Source: a virus (taxonomy: Duplodnaviria > Heunggongvirae > Uroviricota > Caudoviricetes). From it: a stretch of DNA of 64,000 nucleotides. The notes beneath the pieces are model-generated. The model ran no database searches and was not told where the DNA came from. It was given only the letters and a program-made list of their open reading frames with translations. The position numbers and the translations under genes are program-made. The stretch lies in the IMG/VR virus record IMGVR_UViG_3300027733_000047. One strand, given 5' to 3'. Positions 27,933 through 36,614 of the stretch are shown piece by piece; position 1 is the first letter of the stretch; each line of letters starts with the position of its first letter.

Positions 27933-27968
27933 ATATAAAACTATATTTGCAAACTACCAAATTTATTT

Positions 27969-28280
27969 TTAGATACAACCCAAATGTCCACTTGGCTTAC
28001 ACATCATTTTTAATGTTTCATTTGTAAACCCGTCATTGGCTTGTTTCTGTTTAAACCCCTCCAATAACTCTCTTGCAATCTTTTGTGATTGTTCGTTTCT
28101 GCCGTCTGTTCTATACTCAACACTGGCACAATGTTCTAACCATTGTAAGCATAACTTTGTAAATGACTGCTGTAATGTCCTGTGCTCACATGACATTGCT
28201 TCGCAGAATTCTTTACCTTTGTCGTTGAAGGTGTTAACGTAATCGCTAACTTCCTGTACTAATTCTTTTGTTTGTTTCAT
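27969..28280 (-). CDS. hypothetical protein
   Basis: ORF; promoter 28295-28345. Confidence 0.55.
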   Translation of the reverse strand: MKQTKELVQEVSDYVNTFNDKGKEFCEAMSCEHRTLQQSFTKLCLQWLEHCASVEYRTDGRNEQSQKIARELLEGFKQKQANDGFTNETLKMMCKPSGHLGCI

Positions 28281-28337
28281 GTTTTAAAGTTTAGATTGCA
28301 AATATAATCCTATTTTTAATACCATACAAATTTATTT

Positions 28338-28793
28338 TTAAATTGTTGTAATCATTACGTATTGACTATCTTTGGTTAATTCATTTAAAACCAATAATTC
28401 ATCTATGAATGGTTGATAACTACCCCAAGTGATTAACCCTTGTAGTTTTATTTCTTCATCTACTTCACCCAATATGGCTTCAAAGACATCACTGGAATAC
28501 ATTGATTCCTCTAACATATCATCAATATCTGTAAAACTTTCTCTACCCTTTAATTCATTTAATAACTTATCACTTAACTGATGATTAGGTATTTGTATTA
28601 TCTTTAACTCGTTAAGGTGATAATCTCTACCAAAAGGTACGATGCTACCGCCAAACATCTTGGCTTTCTTTGTGGCTTCACGTCTTGTATATAACATCGG
28701 GTCTATCGTTTCATAGCCACCCAAATAATCACCAGCAATTTGGTCAGGCCTTGCTGTGTGTCCTTCGTTTAATCTTACTCGATATAATTGCAT
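28338..28793 (-). CDS. hypothetical protein
   Basis: ORF; promoter 28810-28850 with palindrome 28865-28886 upstream. Confidence 0.6.
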   Translation of the reverse strand: MQLYRVRLNEGHTARPDQIAGDYLGGYETIDPMLYTRREATKKAKMFGGSIVPFGRDYHLNELKIIQIPNHQLSDKLLNELKGRESFTDIDDMLEESMYSSDVFEAILGEVDEEIKLQGLITWGSYQPFIDELLVLNELTKDSQYVMITTI

Positions 28794-28809
28794 AATTGAA
28801 ATGTTTTTA

Positions 28810-28850
28810 CAAATATAGGGTTATTTTTGTTGCCAACCAAATTTATTTTT
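28810..28850 (-). promoter_or_regulatory. consensus promoter
   Basis: acaaatatagggttatttttgttgccaaccaaatttatttt; drives 28338..28793. Confidence 0.55.
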
Positions 28851-28864
28851 TACCCCTCGCGCAC

Positions 28865-28886
28865 ATGGGTACACAAATGTGTACAT
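28865..28886. promoter_or_regulatory. palindrome ATGGGTACACAAATGTGTACAT (copy 6)
   Basis: About 20 bp upstream of the -33 of promoter 28810-28850; preceded by cctcgcgcac. Confidence 0.5.
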
Positions 28887-28964
28887 AAAACACAGATGCC
28901 GTTATCTCTAACGGCACCCATGAATCATCAATCTAAAACTAAAAACAAAAAACAAAAAGCAATA

Positions 28965-29531
28965 TTATTCATCTTCATCATCATAATCATCATCTTCCTC
29001 ATCATCAGGATAAAAGAATCCTTGGTCACCACAACTTTCGGGATAAGGTAAACTCTCCCACCATTGCTTCCAGTCACTATTTGTATTTGGTAACCTCTCA
29101 ACCAACTTGGGCATCTTTAATCCCTGTTTCGCCCATCCCTCAAACTCACCGCTATCACCAAAACTCTCCCAACCATGCTCGGCAACCAATTCATTCGCAC
29201 ATAATCCACCTTCACTCTCAATCGGTGATTGATAATTATCAAAATCCTCACGATGACAATACTTCTTATCACCCTTCTTGATACCTCGAACCCAAATCTT
29301 ATCAAAGAATAACATTCTAGTTTCTTCATCAGTATCACCCTTATACCCATTCATCTCCGCTGATAGTACATGAATATCTTTACCACCAAACACTCCATAA
29401 CCCTCGTAGTTATTCTCGGTGAATATTTGTCCGTCTTCCGTAACCATATGTACTGGAAATGTACTTCTAGTACTATAATGATTTGCAATACTCTTGTTTG
29501 TATCGCTTGTTAGCCAACTAAAAAATCCCAT
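28965..29531 (-). CDS. hypothetical protein with poly-acidic C-terminus
   Basis: 188-aa ORF ending DDEEDDDYDDEDE. Confidence 0.6.
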   Translation of the reverse strand: MGFFSWLTSDTNKSIANHYSTRSTFPVHMVTEDGQIFTENNYEGYGVFGGKDIHVLSAEMNGYKGDTDEETRMLFFDKIWVRGIKKGDKKYCHREDFDNYQSPIESEGGLCANELVAEHGWESFGDSGEFEGWAKQGLKMPKLVERLPNTNSDWKQWWESLPYPESCGDQGFFYPDDEEDDDYDDEDE

Positions 29532-29695
29532 AATATTATGTTTTAGTGTTTGTGAAAATAATCGTAAATGTCAACAACGCAGTTAAATATTAGCATAGCC
29601 ATAATGATAGTACCTAAACCCAATAAGCACCATACCACAAATACTTCGCTGTCGTGTCTTTGTCTTTCTCTATTGTTCATAACGCAAATGTAAGA

Positions 29696-30253
29696 TTAAA
29701 AAATGAATTTACCAAAACTATCTTTTCTTAAACATAATTGAGATAGATTTGTATTTAATATTGTTTCACCTTGGCTATCCAATTCTTTAATTTTTTTTGT
29801 CACATACTCTCTACCATCAACCCTATTTAAGATTTGTTCAAGCGTATATCCCTTCCAACTCAACATCTTATATCCGTTTTCGTTGAAATTTTTGCTATAA
29901 CATATACCCTTAAGCATATCTTTAGCCAACTTCTTTTTATGTTTCTCAATCTTTTTCTTATTGGATATAGCATATACCACTTCATTAATCCAATGTTCAA
30001 GATTACTTTTAATCTCAATAGTTCTTTCACCATAGGTTACAAACTTTGAAGGTAAGGTCTTGCAATACTCCTCTGCTTGTGCAATAATAGGTCGTAACTC
30101 AATAGAATACGCATTATAAAAGGTACAACCACCTCTGCCGTCATTATTAGCATAGGCAACCTTCTTACCATTAACATACAAATCTGCTTTGAACATCAGC
30201 GTTTCTTCGCTGAACGCTTCATTAATCTTTACGTTTTTTAATTCTAATTTCAT
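29696..30253 (-). CDS. hypothetical protein
   Basis: 185-aa ORF; promoter 30270-30315. Confidence 0.6.
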   Translation of the reverse strand: MKLELKNVKINEAFSEETLMFKADLYVNGKKVAYANNDGRGGCTFYNAYSIELRPIIAQAEEYCKTLPSKFVTYGERTIEIKSNLEHWINEVVYAISNKKKIEKHKKKLAKDMLKGICYSKNFNENGYKMLSWKGYTLEQILNRVDGREYVTKKIKELDSQGETILNTNLSQLCLRKDSFGKFIF

Positions 30254-30312
30254 ATTATTTAAGTTTTAGAATACAAATATAAGAAAAAATTTGTTACAAA
30301 CCAAATTTATTT

Positions 30313-30660
30313 TTAATTATCCCAATCATTATAATCACCGTCCTCCAGCGCCTCTAATATCCCTATTAAGATATCCAAAGGTAAATCATCGTAGTTATGT
30401 TCCGATTGGAACTCCAACCAGTAATCATTATCTCCAGTATCAATATGTACCTTACCCGATTCACCGTCAACCCTCTTAACACAATGATTCGTTTGGTCGT
30501 CAACTACGATATAGATTAACGGTGTATGTAATTCAATCACCCTAACATCATTACTCAAAAACATACTCTTGATGTCATTCATGATATCAATCCTTAAATC
30601 TAATATCGCCCTTTTGTATTCTGTACTTTTCATATATAACTTTTTAATAATAATAAGCAA
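30313..30660 (-). CDS. hypothetical protein
   Basis: 115-aa ORF. Confidence 0.5.
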   Translation of the reverse strand: MLIIIKKLYMKSTEYKRAILDLRIDIMNDIKSMFLSNDVRVIELHTPLIYIVVDDQTNHCVKRVDGESGKVHIDTGDNDYWLEFQSEHNYDDLPLDILIGILEALEDGDYNDWDN

Positions 30661-31000
30661 TTGCTACCGTATAAAGATGTAAATCAACTTCATCAACTGA
30701 AACCTCATAATGTTCATAATAGTTAACATTACCAAATACCTTCTTCGCCAGTTTCTCAACAGCATCAGTAATCTTTTTTAGATTATCTAATTTACGATTC
30801 TTTAACATATACTCTGCTACCAACCTATCGGCTTCATTAAGATAACCCTTCTTTAAGGTATCTTTACGAAAGAAATCCACATTCTCAACAAAATCCAAAT
30901 CGTGTGAGAATATTTGAAGCAAACCTTCTTTGATATGACCATCACACATCGTATGCAATTGAAAATGAATTAACCCAAGTGAATTGTTGTAATTGCCCAT
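30644..31000 (-). CDS. hypothetical protein
   Basis: ORF; promoter 31010-31055. Confidence 0.55.
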   Translation of the reverse strand: MGNYNNSLGLIHFQLHTMCDGHIKEGLLQIFSHDLDFVENVDFFRKDTLKKGYLNEADRLVAEYMLKNRKLDNLKKITDAVEKLAKKVFGNVNYYEHYEVSVDEVDLHLYTVAIAYYY

Positions 31001-31025
31001 GATTTATTTTTTTACAAATATAAGA

Positions 31026-31388
31026 TTAAATTTCCGTTTCAACAAATTTATTTTCATAAACTTGTCGTAGCCCGCCGTAACCAATTGGAATCCCGCCGTT
31101 GCCCCACTGAACATCACCCTCGTTGTAATCATCCATGTTACCCTTAACCAATGAAATAAACATATCGTATGCCTCCTTCATTACCTGACTGTCATTACCG
31201 TACATAACATAAAATCCAAATAGATTTTGTTTTGGCTGTCCAACAAATACAATCTTATAACTATCACCGTACTTATGCACGCTTGCTCTGTTCTTGAACC
31301 CTGAATAACTTATTGGTTTGTTTGTACTCAAATTAATCAACCCTAACAATTTTAAATTGTCAACCAACTGCTCATTACTTAACTTCAT
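31026..31388 (-). CDS. hypothetical protein
   Basis: 120-aa ORF. Confidence 0.55.
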   Translation of the reverse strand: MKLSNEQLVDNLKLLGLINLSTNKPISYSGFKNRASVHKYGDSYKIVFVGQPKQNLFGFYVMYGNDSQVMKEAYDMFISLVKGNMDDYNEGDVQWGNGGIPIGYGGLRQVYENKFVETEI

Positions 31389-31417
31389 ATATCTAATTTT
31401 AGTTTACAAATATAGGA

Positions 31418-32239
31418 CTATTGATTCAAATTGTCCGCATTTAATTTTAACTTCATCATTTGTTTAATAGCACCTGCCCTCTCAAATTGCTCATCTTTGA
31501 TAGCCAACTCTAATAACTTCTCCAAAACTGGAAGGGCGTACTCCTCAATTAAATTACCTTCCTCATGGGCAATCTCTACCAACCAAGTATTGAAATCATC
31601 TAACTCGCTGTCATCCTCAACATCATCAATCAATCTTTCCTCAATCCAATATGACATATCACCCAATATCTCCATTGCTAATTTAATCGAATCTTTGCTG
31701 TAATCGGGTTGATAGATATCTACTATCTCACCACCCTGTAAGGTATAGGTCCCAACATTGCTACCAAAATCTTCATCAGCATATCTTACTTCAATAGTAA
31801 TATCCTCAAACATCTCACTCAATTTAACCAACGCCCTGATAGGTGTACTCCACGCTGTTTCAAATATAACAAACCCCTCATCACCCTCGCCTCTATGACT
31901 ATAACAATCCCACTTCGTACCCCAACTATGTATGTGCCAATCATACCAATTATCAGCACCATACTTACGCTTTAAGTTATTTTGCTCATCTTTGGTAATA
32001 GGTCTATAATCTTTCTCCCACTCGTTTAACTCACCTTTGGCTACCTTATCTTTCCACTCCTGTAACTCTGCTTCGGTTACAATCTTTGCTGGACTACTCG
32101 TTCCTATCAACTCATCAGGCATAGGATAAAATGATTGAAAACTAAATGGGCTTTTATCACCCTTACATTTCTCTCTTAACTCTTTAATTCTTTCTGTACT
32201 ACCTAAAAAGGTTACTTCGTTTGTTACGTGGTTTGGCAT
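31418..32239 (-). CDS. hypothetical acidic protein
   Basis: 273-aa ORF; promoter 32265-32310. Confidence 0.6.
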   Translation of the reverse strand: MPNHVTNEVTFLGSTERIKELREKCKGDKSPFSFQSFYPMPDELIGTSSPAKIVTEAELQEWKDKVAKGELNEWEKDYRPITKDEQNNLKRKYGADNWYDWHIHSWGTKWDCYSHRGEGDEGFVIFETAWSTPIRALVKLSEMFEDITIEVRYADEDFGSNVGTYTLQGGEIVDIYQPDYSKDSIKLAMEILGDMSYWIEERLIDDVEDDSELDDFNTWLVEIAHEEGNLIEEYALPVLEKLLELAIKDEQFERAGAIKQMMKLKLNADNLNQ

Positions 32240-32300
32240 TGTTTTATGTTTTAAATTTATGAATACGCAAATATAATACTAATTTTGGTAACTACCAAAT

Positions 32301-32564
32301 TTATTTTTCTGTCTTATCATATCTTATATAAGATATCCAATACTGCTCCAAATCTATCATTTGATTATTACACAAATCCATGAAATCACTTAGGGTAATA
32401 ATATCAATATCATTAGGTATCGCTGTTTCTAATTGATGTATGTCATACAGGTTATTCTCAACCTTCTCAGCAAACCCTCTCCTGTCATACTCATCAATCG
32501 GTATCAATAATATTCTCGTTTCAATATTCATAGCCTTAATGTTTAGATAGCAAATATAAGACAA
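32301..32564 (-). CDS. hypothetical protein
   Basis: ORF; promoter 32550-32595. Confidence 0.55.
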   Translation of the reverse strand: MSYICYLNIKAMNIETRILLIPIDEYDRRGFAEKVENNLYDIHQLETAIPNDIDIITLSDFMDLCNNQMIDLEQYWISYIRYDKTEK

Positions 32565-32605
32565 CTTTTGTTATCAACCAAATTTATTTTAATAAAAAAA
32601 AGATT

Positions 32606-32690
32606 TTTTTATTCCAAAATATAATCCTATATTTGCATAGCAATCATGCAAGACGACTACAAATCGGGAGGTATACTCCAACCTACCCCT
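32606..32690 (+). ncRNA. mini-unit H (candidate sRNA, no T-run)
   Basis: TATATTTG, then catagcaatcatgcaagacgactacaaatcgggaggtatactccaacctacc; shares gacgactacaaatcggga(a/g)gtatactccaac with unit E. Confidence 0.3.
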
Positions 32691-32691
32691 A

Positions 32692-32730
32692 TTTGCTAAA
32701 TTCTTTAGTACTTGCTAAAATCTTTAGTAT
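32692..32730. promoter_or_regulatory. two tandem TTGCTAAA-N3-TTTAGTA palindromes
   Basis: tttgctaaattctttagta / cttgctaaaatctttagtat directly after mini-unit H. Confidence 0.4.
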
Positions 32731-32745
32731 TGGATAAAACAAAAA

Positions 32746-32773
32746 AAGTTATTCACATTGCTGTGAATAACTC
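32746..32773. promoter_or_regulatory. inverted pair TTATTCACA / TGTGAATAA (DnaA-box variant) hairpin
   Basis: aagttattcacattgctgtgaataactc, 12-bp stem. Confidence 0.45.
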
Positions 32774-32804
32774 TTTCGGATTTTAAAGCGGGTTTTTCTA
32801 TATG

Positions 32805-33701
32805 TTAAGCAAGGCTCAACTCGTTTAAAGCAAATTCAAAACTTGCTTGGTTTTTCTTATACGATGTACCAACCAACATGTTTTCCCAATCACCATTTAC
32901 ACGCTTGGGTGCTTTTCTCTCATGTGTTGTCCATGATGTAACACCACTGTGTAACCCCCACATGTTCATTCCCTTCTGCTCCATTTCCTTATTGATGTGT
33001 GTGTATAAATCATCCATGATGTTAATCGACTTTTGTGTTAACTTGTCGAATTCAGCAATGCTGGTAATTACTCTATCATAACCCAATACACTCTTAACCA
33101 TTTTATCGGCTAATCCTTTTGATACTTCTGTAGATACAAATCTACGATATCTCTCAACTTGGCGAAGGCTCTCACCTAATGCTGTTTCAATCAGGGAAGG
33201 AATCGATTTGATTTTCTCATTCAATGTCGCTGTATGTCTAAACTTCGCGTTACCTTCTCTATAGAAACGGAAAAACTGATTCATACAACTCATAGTCAAA
33301 TCACCAATACCAACACTTAACCCTGTACTACCATCATTGCTGTCTATGATTGTAACATAACGTTTGATGATGTCATCACCTACTTTGCTGTCACCTTCGA
33401 TAGCCAACTGCATAAACACCCTACGACCACCATTGATACTTCCAGCCTTGGATACAGTTAACTCACTACCAAACTTCTCCATACCGCGTAATACCATCTC
33501 AACCACATCTGCATTCTGCGATACAGTATAACCTTCTTTTACTGTATTGATACACTCATTCGTTGAACTGTTAAATAAACCGTAATACGGTGTTATCATT
33601 TGCTCACCTTGGTTATTGTGCGCAATCAAGGGCGCTTTCTCAATAGTGAAATCTAAACCATGTACAGATAAAATGTCTTGTACTTTCTCATTGTAATTCA
33701 T
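32805..33701 (-). CDS. DUF932-like phage/plasmid protein
   Basis: 298 aa; IIDSNDGSTGLSVGIGDLTMSCMNQF resembles DUF932 core; paralog of 7821..8687; promoter 33730-33770. Confidence 0.45.
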   Translation of the reverse strand: MNYNEKVQDILSVHGLDFTIEKAPLIAHNNQGEQMITPYYGLFNSSTNECINTVKEGYTVSQNADVVEMVLRGMEKFGSELTVSKAGSINGGRRVFMQLAIEGDSKVGDDIIKRYVTIIDSNDGSTGLSVGIGDLTMSCMNQFFRFYREGNAKFRHTATLNEKIKSIPSLIETALGESLRQVERYRRFVSTEVSKGLADKMVKSVLGYDRVITSIAEFDKLTQKSINIMDDLYTHINKEMEQKGMNMWGLHSGVTSWTTHERKAPKRVNGDWENMLVGTSYKKNQASFEFALNELSLA

Positions 33702-33787
33702 AACTTTAATTTTTTTAAGTGATTAATAGAATGCAAATATACTATTAAATTTAATGCCAACCAAATATAATCTTATTTATTTTAAAA

Positions 33788-33973
33788 TTATTTTTCAGTA
33801 TAGATAAACTTAACCTTGCTACCTTGTTTGGTATTTGGCTCCAATTTATCTATATTTGTCCAGCCCCACTTCCATTCAACCTTGGTGGCACCAACCCAAC
33901 CAATGGTACGAAGGAATCTACCGTATTGGTTTACTACATATAATCTGTCACCTACTTTGATATCTTTTACCAT
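33788..33973 (-). CDS. hypothetical protein
   Basis: 61-aa ORF overlapping stop of next gene. Confidence 0.45.
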   Translation of the reverse strand: MVKDIKVGDRLYVVNQYGRFLRTIGWVGATKVEWKWGWTNIDKLEPNTKQGSKVKFIYTEK

Positions 33974-34188
33974 TCTACTTTAAATTTATCTAATGTGTCT
34001 AAATATACAATCTCATAATTCAAGCAAATATACTCTCTATTATCCATTTCACTATCCAACCATACTTTGATTATACCTACAGGCCTATCATCAACATACA
34101 GGGTAACCTCGGGCTCACCTTCATCTTGATATGATAATTGTTTGTAATCTTTGAACCTGACTTCCGTTTCTTCCTTGATACGTTTCAT
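33967..34188 (-). CDS. hypothetical protein
   Basis: ORF; promoter variant 34192-34235; palindrome 34238-34260 upstream. Confidence 0.5.
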   Translation of the reverse strand: MKRIKEETEVRFKDYKQLSYQDEGEPEVTLYVDDRPVGIIKVWLDSEMDNREYICLNYEIVYLDTLDKFKVEW

Positions 34189-34237
34189 ACAGCAAATGTA
34201 ATTTTAATTATTCAAATAAACAAATCTATTTTTATAA

Positions 34238-34260
34238 GGGGTACACAATTGTGTACACCC
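34238..34260. promoter_or_regulatory. palindrome GGTACACAATTGTGTACACC (copy 7)
   Basis: Abuts the promoter of 33967..34188. Confidence 0.5.
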
Positions 34261-34262
34261 AC

Positions 34263-34988
34263 CTATATAGCAATGGCAAACCCTGTGGTAAATGCTACCT
34301 TATTATCAGCACCTTTGCCTGTTTGGTTTTTATACTTCAAACCAACTATAACACCCTGTTCGTCCAGAAAACGTAAATCAGTTTCATCACCGTTAACTAC
34401 TCTATAACCGTTATACGTTTCAGGTAACTTATTAAATACCATGGCTACATTATAACCTTTCTTTAATACCGCCATGGCATGTTTGTCGTTATCTTCACTC
34501 CTGCTAAAGGTTAAATGATAATTGCTAGGCATGGACCCGTCAAACCTTTTAGGATTCTTGGTATAATCATAAAATTGTATATCAGGATATAATTCGAAAA
34601 TATTCTTACCTTCACGTATCTTTAATTTTTCCCAACGTATATCACTAGTACCGTTTAACCTGAATACTGGTATTGCTTTACCTTCATGTTTTTTGATAGC
34701 TTTGCTCACCTCTAAATCTAATTGAGCTAAAAACTCTTTGCGATTGGCTAAATACCATTCAGTTTTATTACGACGACCTTCCTGAACTGTATCGTACATC
34801 CCACCAAACCCTGACTTAAATAAACAGGCCGATGAACACCCTGAACTAGCATGTGGACATAAATTAACACCCTGACTATTATCAGTATAAGGTGACATGT
34901 ACATAATATAGGTTATATAACCTAATTTAGCACCTTTGATTGTTTTGTGGTTGTTTGTGGTTAACAACGTACTTTTGTAGTAAGACAT
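34263..34988 (-). CDS. hypothetical Cys-cluster protein
   Basis: 241 aa; CPHASSGCSSAC cluster; promoter 35000-35055. Confidence 0.6.
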   Translation of the reverse strand: MSYYKSTLLTTNNHKTIKGAKLGYITYIMYMSPYTDNSQGVNLCPHASSGCSSACLFKSGFGGMYDTVQEGRRNKTEWYLANRKEFLAQLDLEVSKAIKKHEGKAIPVFRLNGTSDIRWEKLKIREGKNIFELYPDIQFYDYTKNPKRFDGSMPSNYHLTFSRSEDNDKHAMAVLKKGYNVAMVFNKLPETYNGYRVVNGDETDLRFLDEQGVIVGLKYKNQTGKGADNKVAFTTGFAIAI

Positions 34989-35061
34989 AAGCTTTAATGT
35001 TTTAGATTAAGAAAGTACAAATGTATGGCTATTTTTGATACGTTCCAAATTTATTTTGCCT

Positions 35062-35090
35062 GGCACATAACAAAGTTATCCACATCATGT
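35062..35090. promoter_or_regulatory. hairpin AAAGTTAT-CCACAtcatgtgc-ATAACTTT with a perfect DnaA box (35066-35074)
   Basis: At the edge of the ORF-free region, abutting the promoter of 34263..34988. Confidence 0.45.
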
Positions 35091-35547
35091 GCATAACTTT
35101 ATTTGGATAGGTAAATTATCCTATCATAAATTTGTAACCTCACTAACCTCGAAGTTATGATTCTGTTAATGTACCTAACCACAAAACAACCTAAATCCTT
35201 AAACAGTATCCCCGCTGCTATATCGCTGGACATGTTAATCCTCTGGACCCCTGAGCGGCGTCACCTGCAATATGAAAGGTTCATCGGCCCTGCTCCAGAA
35301 CCGCGAGTCGGTTAATCTAATATTAATTTTGGATTACTAGTTGACCTGAACCCCTTTTTTTCGTATACTTGTAAATAATATGTCTACATCGATAACTAGA
35401 ACCACAGTTGGACCTAAGTCAGGATTTGTTGACCCCCTAAAGAAAACATTCCCTCCTCTCATCTCCCGCTGCACACACAGCCTCCTGCATCAGGATGGCC
35501 ATTCTCAGATTTCCCCGTTAGACCCGCGCGGCGCCTAGCCCGAACCC

Positions 35548-35567
35548 ATGTACACTTTTGTGTATAT
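35548..35567. promoter_or_regulatory. palindrome ATGTACACTTTTGTGTATAT (copy 8)
   Basis: Inside the 1-kb ORF-free region. Confidence 0.5.
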
Positions 35568-35603
35568 AACTTAAAGATGATACGTTTAAGGATGCTCACA
35601 AAA

Positions 35604-35620
35604 TGCTAAATTCTTTAGCA
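35604..35620. promoter_or_regulatory. TGCTAAA-ttc-TTTAGCA palindrome
   Basis: Same family as 4741-4795 and 32692-32730; inside the ORF-free region. Confidence 0.4.
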
Positions 35621-35919
35621 CGGCTTCTCCCACGAAAAAAAAATTTCAGCCGAAAAAAGGGGGAGAGTTTACGGAGAGGGTAACCCTAAATGGCTTATCA
35701 CCCCAAAAGAAAAGTGGGTGCTAGGCATGAAAATGGGGTGCAAAAGTGTTCACCCCCATTTTAGGGGTGCAAATTCAACACATTTTAACACTTTTTACCA
35801 CTCCCTGACATTTTTTCAAAAAAAATACTGTAGAATGTTAAGGTGTCCAACATTAGTTTTATGGTACATATAAATAATAATATTTTTAGCAAATCGGAAA
35901 TTCTAGGTCCCGAAAAATC

Positions 35920-35939
35920 ATGTACACTTTTGTGTACAT
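35920..35939. promoter_or_regulatory. palindrome ATGTACACTTTTGTGTACAT (copy 9)
   Basis: Inside the ORF-free region, 30 bp from the HNH gene stop. Confidence 0.5.
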
Positions 35940-35969
35940 AATTTGTCCGATGGCCTTCGGCACATAATA

Positions 35970-36614
35970 TTAAAGATTCATTTTATCCCAGAATATGTCG
36001 TTATATGTTACGCCATTAATTATATCTGAGATTGCTCTATACTTTCTACCATAGATTTTTGCAATATCAGTCATGGTTAATCCGTCTTTATGTTTTTGTT
36101 TAATTTCTAATATTGTTTCTCTAGAAAAGAAAGTATGTCCACCTCTATTTTTAAAAGCTCCAGATTCCACAGCGTGTTTAATATTATCTTTATTATTTAT
36201 CCATTCTAAGTTATTAACTGTAGCGTTTCTTTTATCTAGGTCTATATGATTTACTTCGTTTTTATTTTCCATTCTGGGTATGAATGTTTTTGCTACTAGT
36301 CTATGTATGTATTGTTGTTTGGTTTCTAGTGTTTCATCTTTAGATAAAGCACATTTAGGGTAACCTTTATCAGATATATGAATAGATGTATAGTCGTGAT
36401 ACTTTAAGTCAAATATTCTACCCCAAGATGAGATTAGGTATCTATTTTGTTGTACATTATCATCATTTATTGTTTCCCAGATTTCTTCATCTAAATTATC
36501 TGGGATTACATTAAGTGGGTTTGTTACTCTAGCGTATTCTATATTGTTTTGTTGCAGATATTCATCTGTGAATGGTTCTAGGAGTTTTCTAAGTATTTGG
36601 GTTTCTTTGTTCAT
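35970..36614 (-). CDS. HNH homing endonuclease (NUMOD4-like + HNH)
   Basis: YLISSWGRIFDLKYHD (NUMOD4-like) and HIDLDKRNATVNNLEWINNKDN (HNH) motifs. Confidence 0.75.
   Translation of the reverse strand: MNKETQILRKLLEPFTDEYLQQNNIEYARVTNPLNVIPDNLDEEIWETINDDNVQQNRYLISSWGRIFDLKYHDYTSIHISDKGYPKCALSKDETLETKQQYIHRLVAKTFIPRMENKNEVNHIDLDKRNATVNNLEWINNKDNIKHAVESGAFKNRGGHTFFSRETILEIKQKHKDGLTMTDIAKIYGRKYRAISDIINGVTYNDIFWDKMNL

Larger units (their letters stand above)
34989..35969. other. about 1-kb ORF-free region with locally elevated GC
   Basis: No ORF of 60 aa or more on any frame; contains a DnaA-box hairpin, two TGTACAC palindromes, a TGCTAAA palindrome and several GC hairpins (for example atggggtgcaaaagtgttcacccccatttt). 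Confidence 0.6.
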
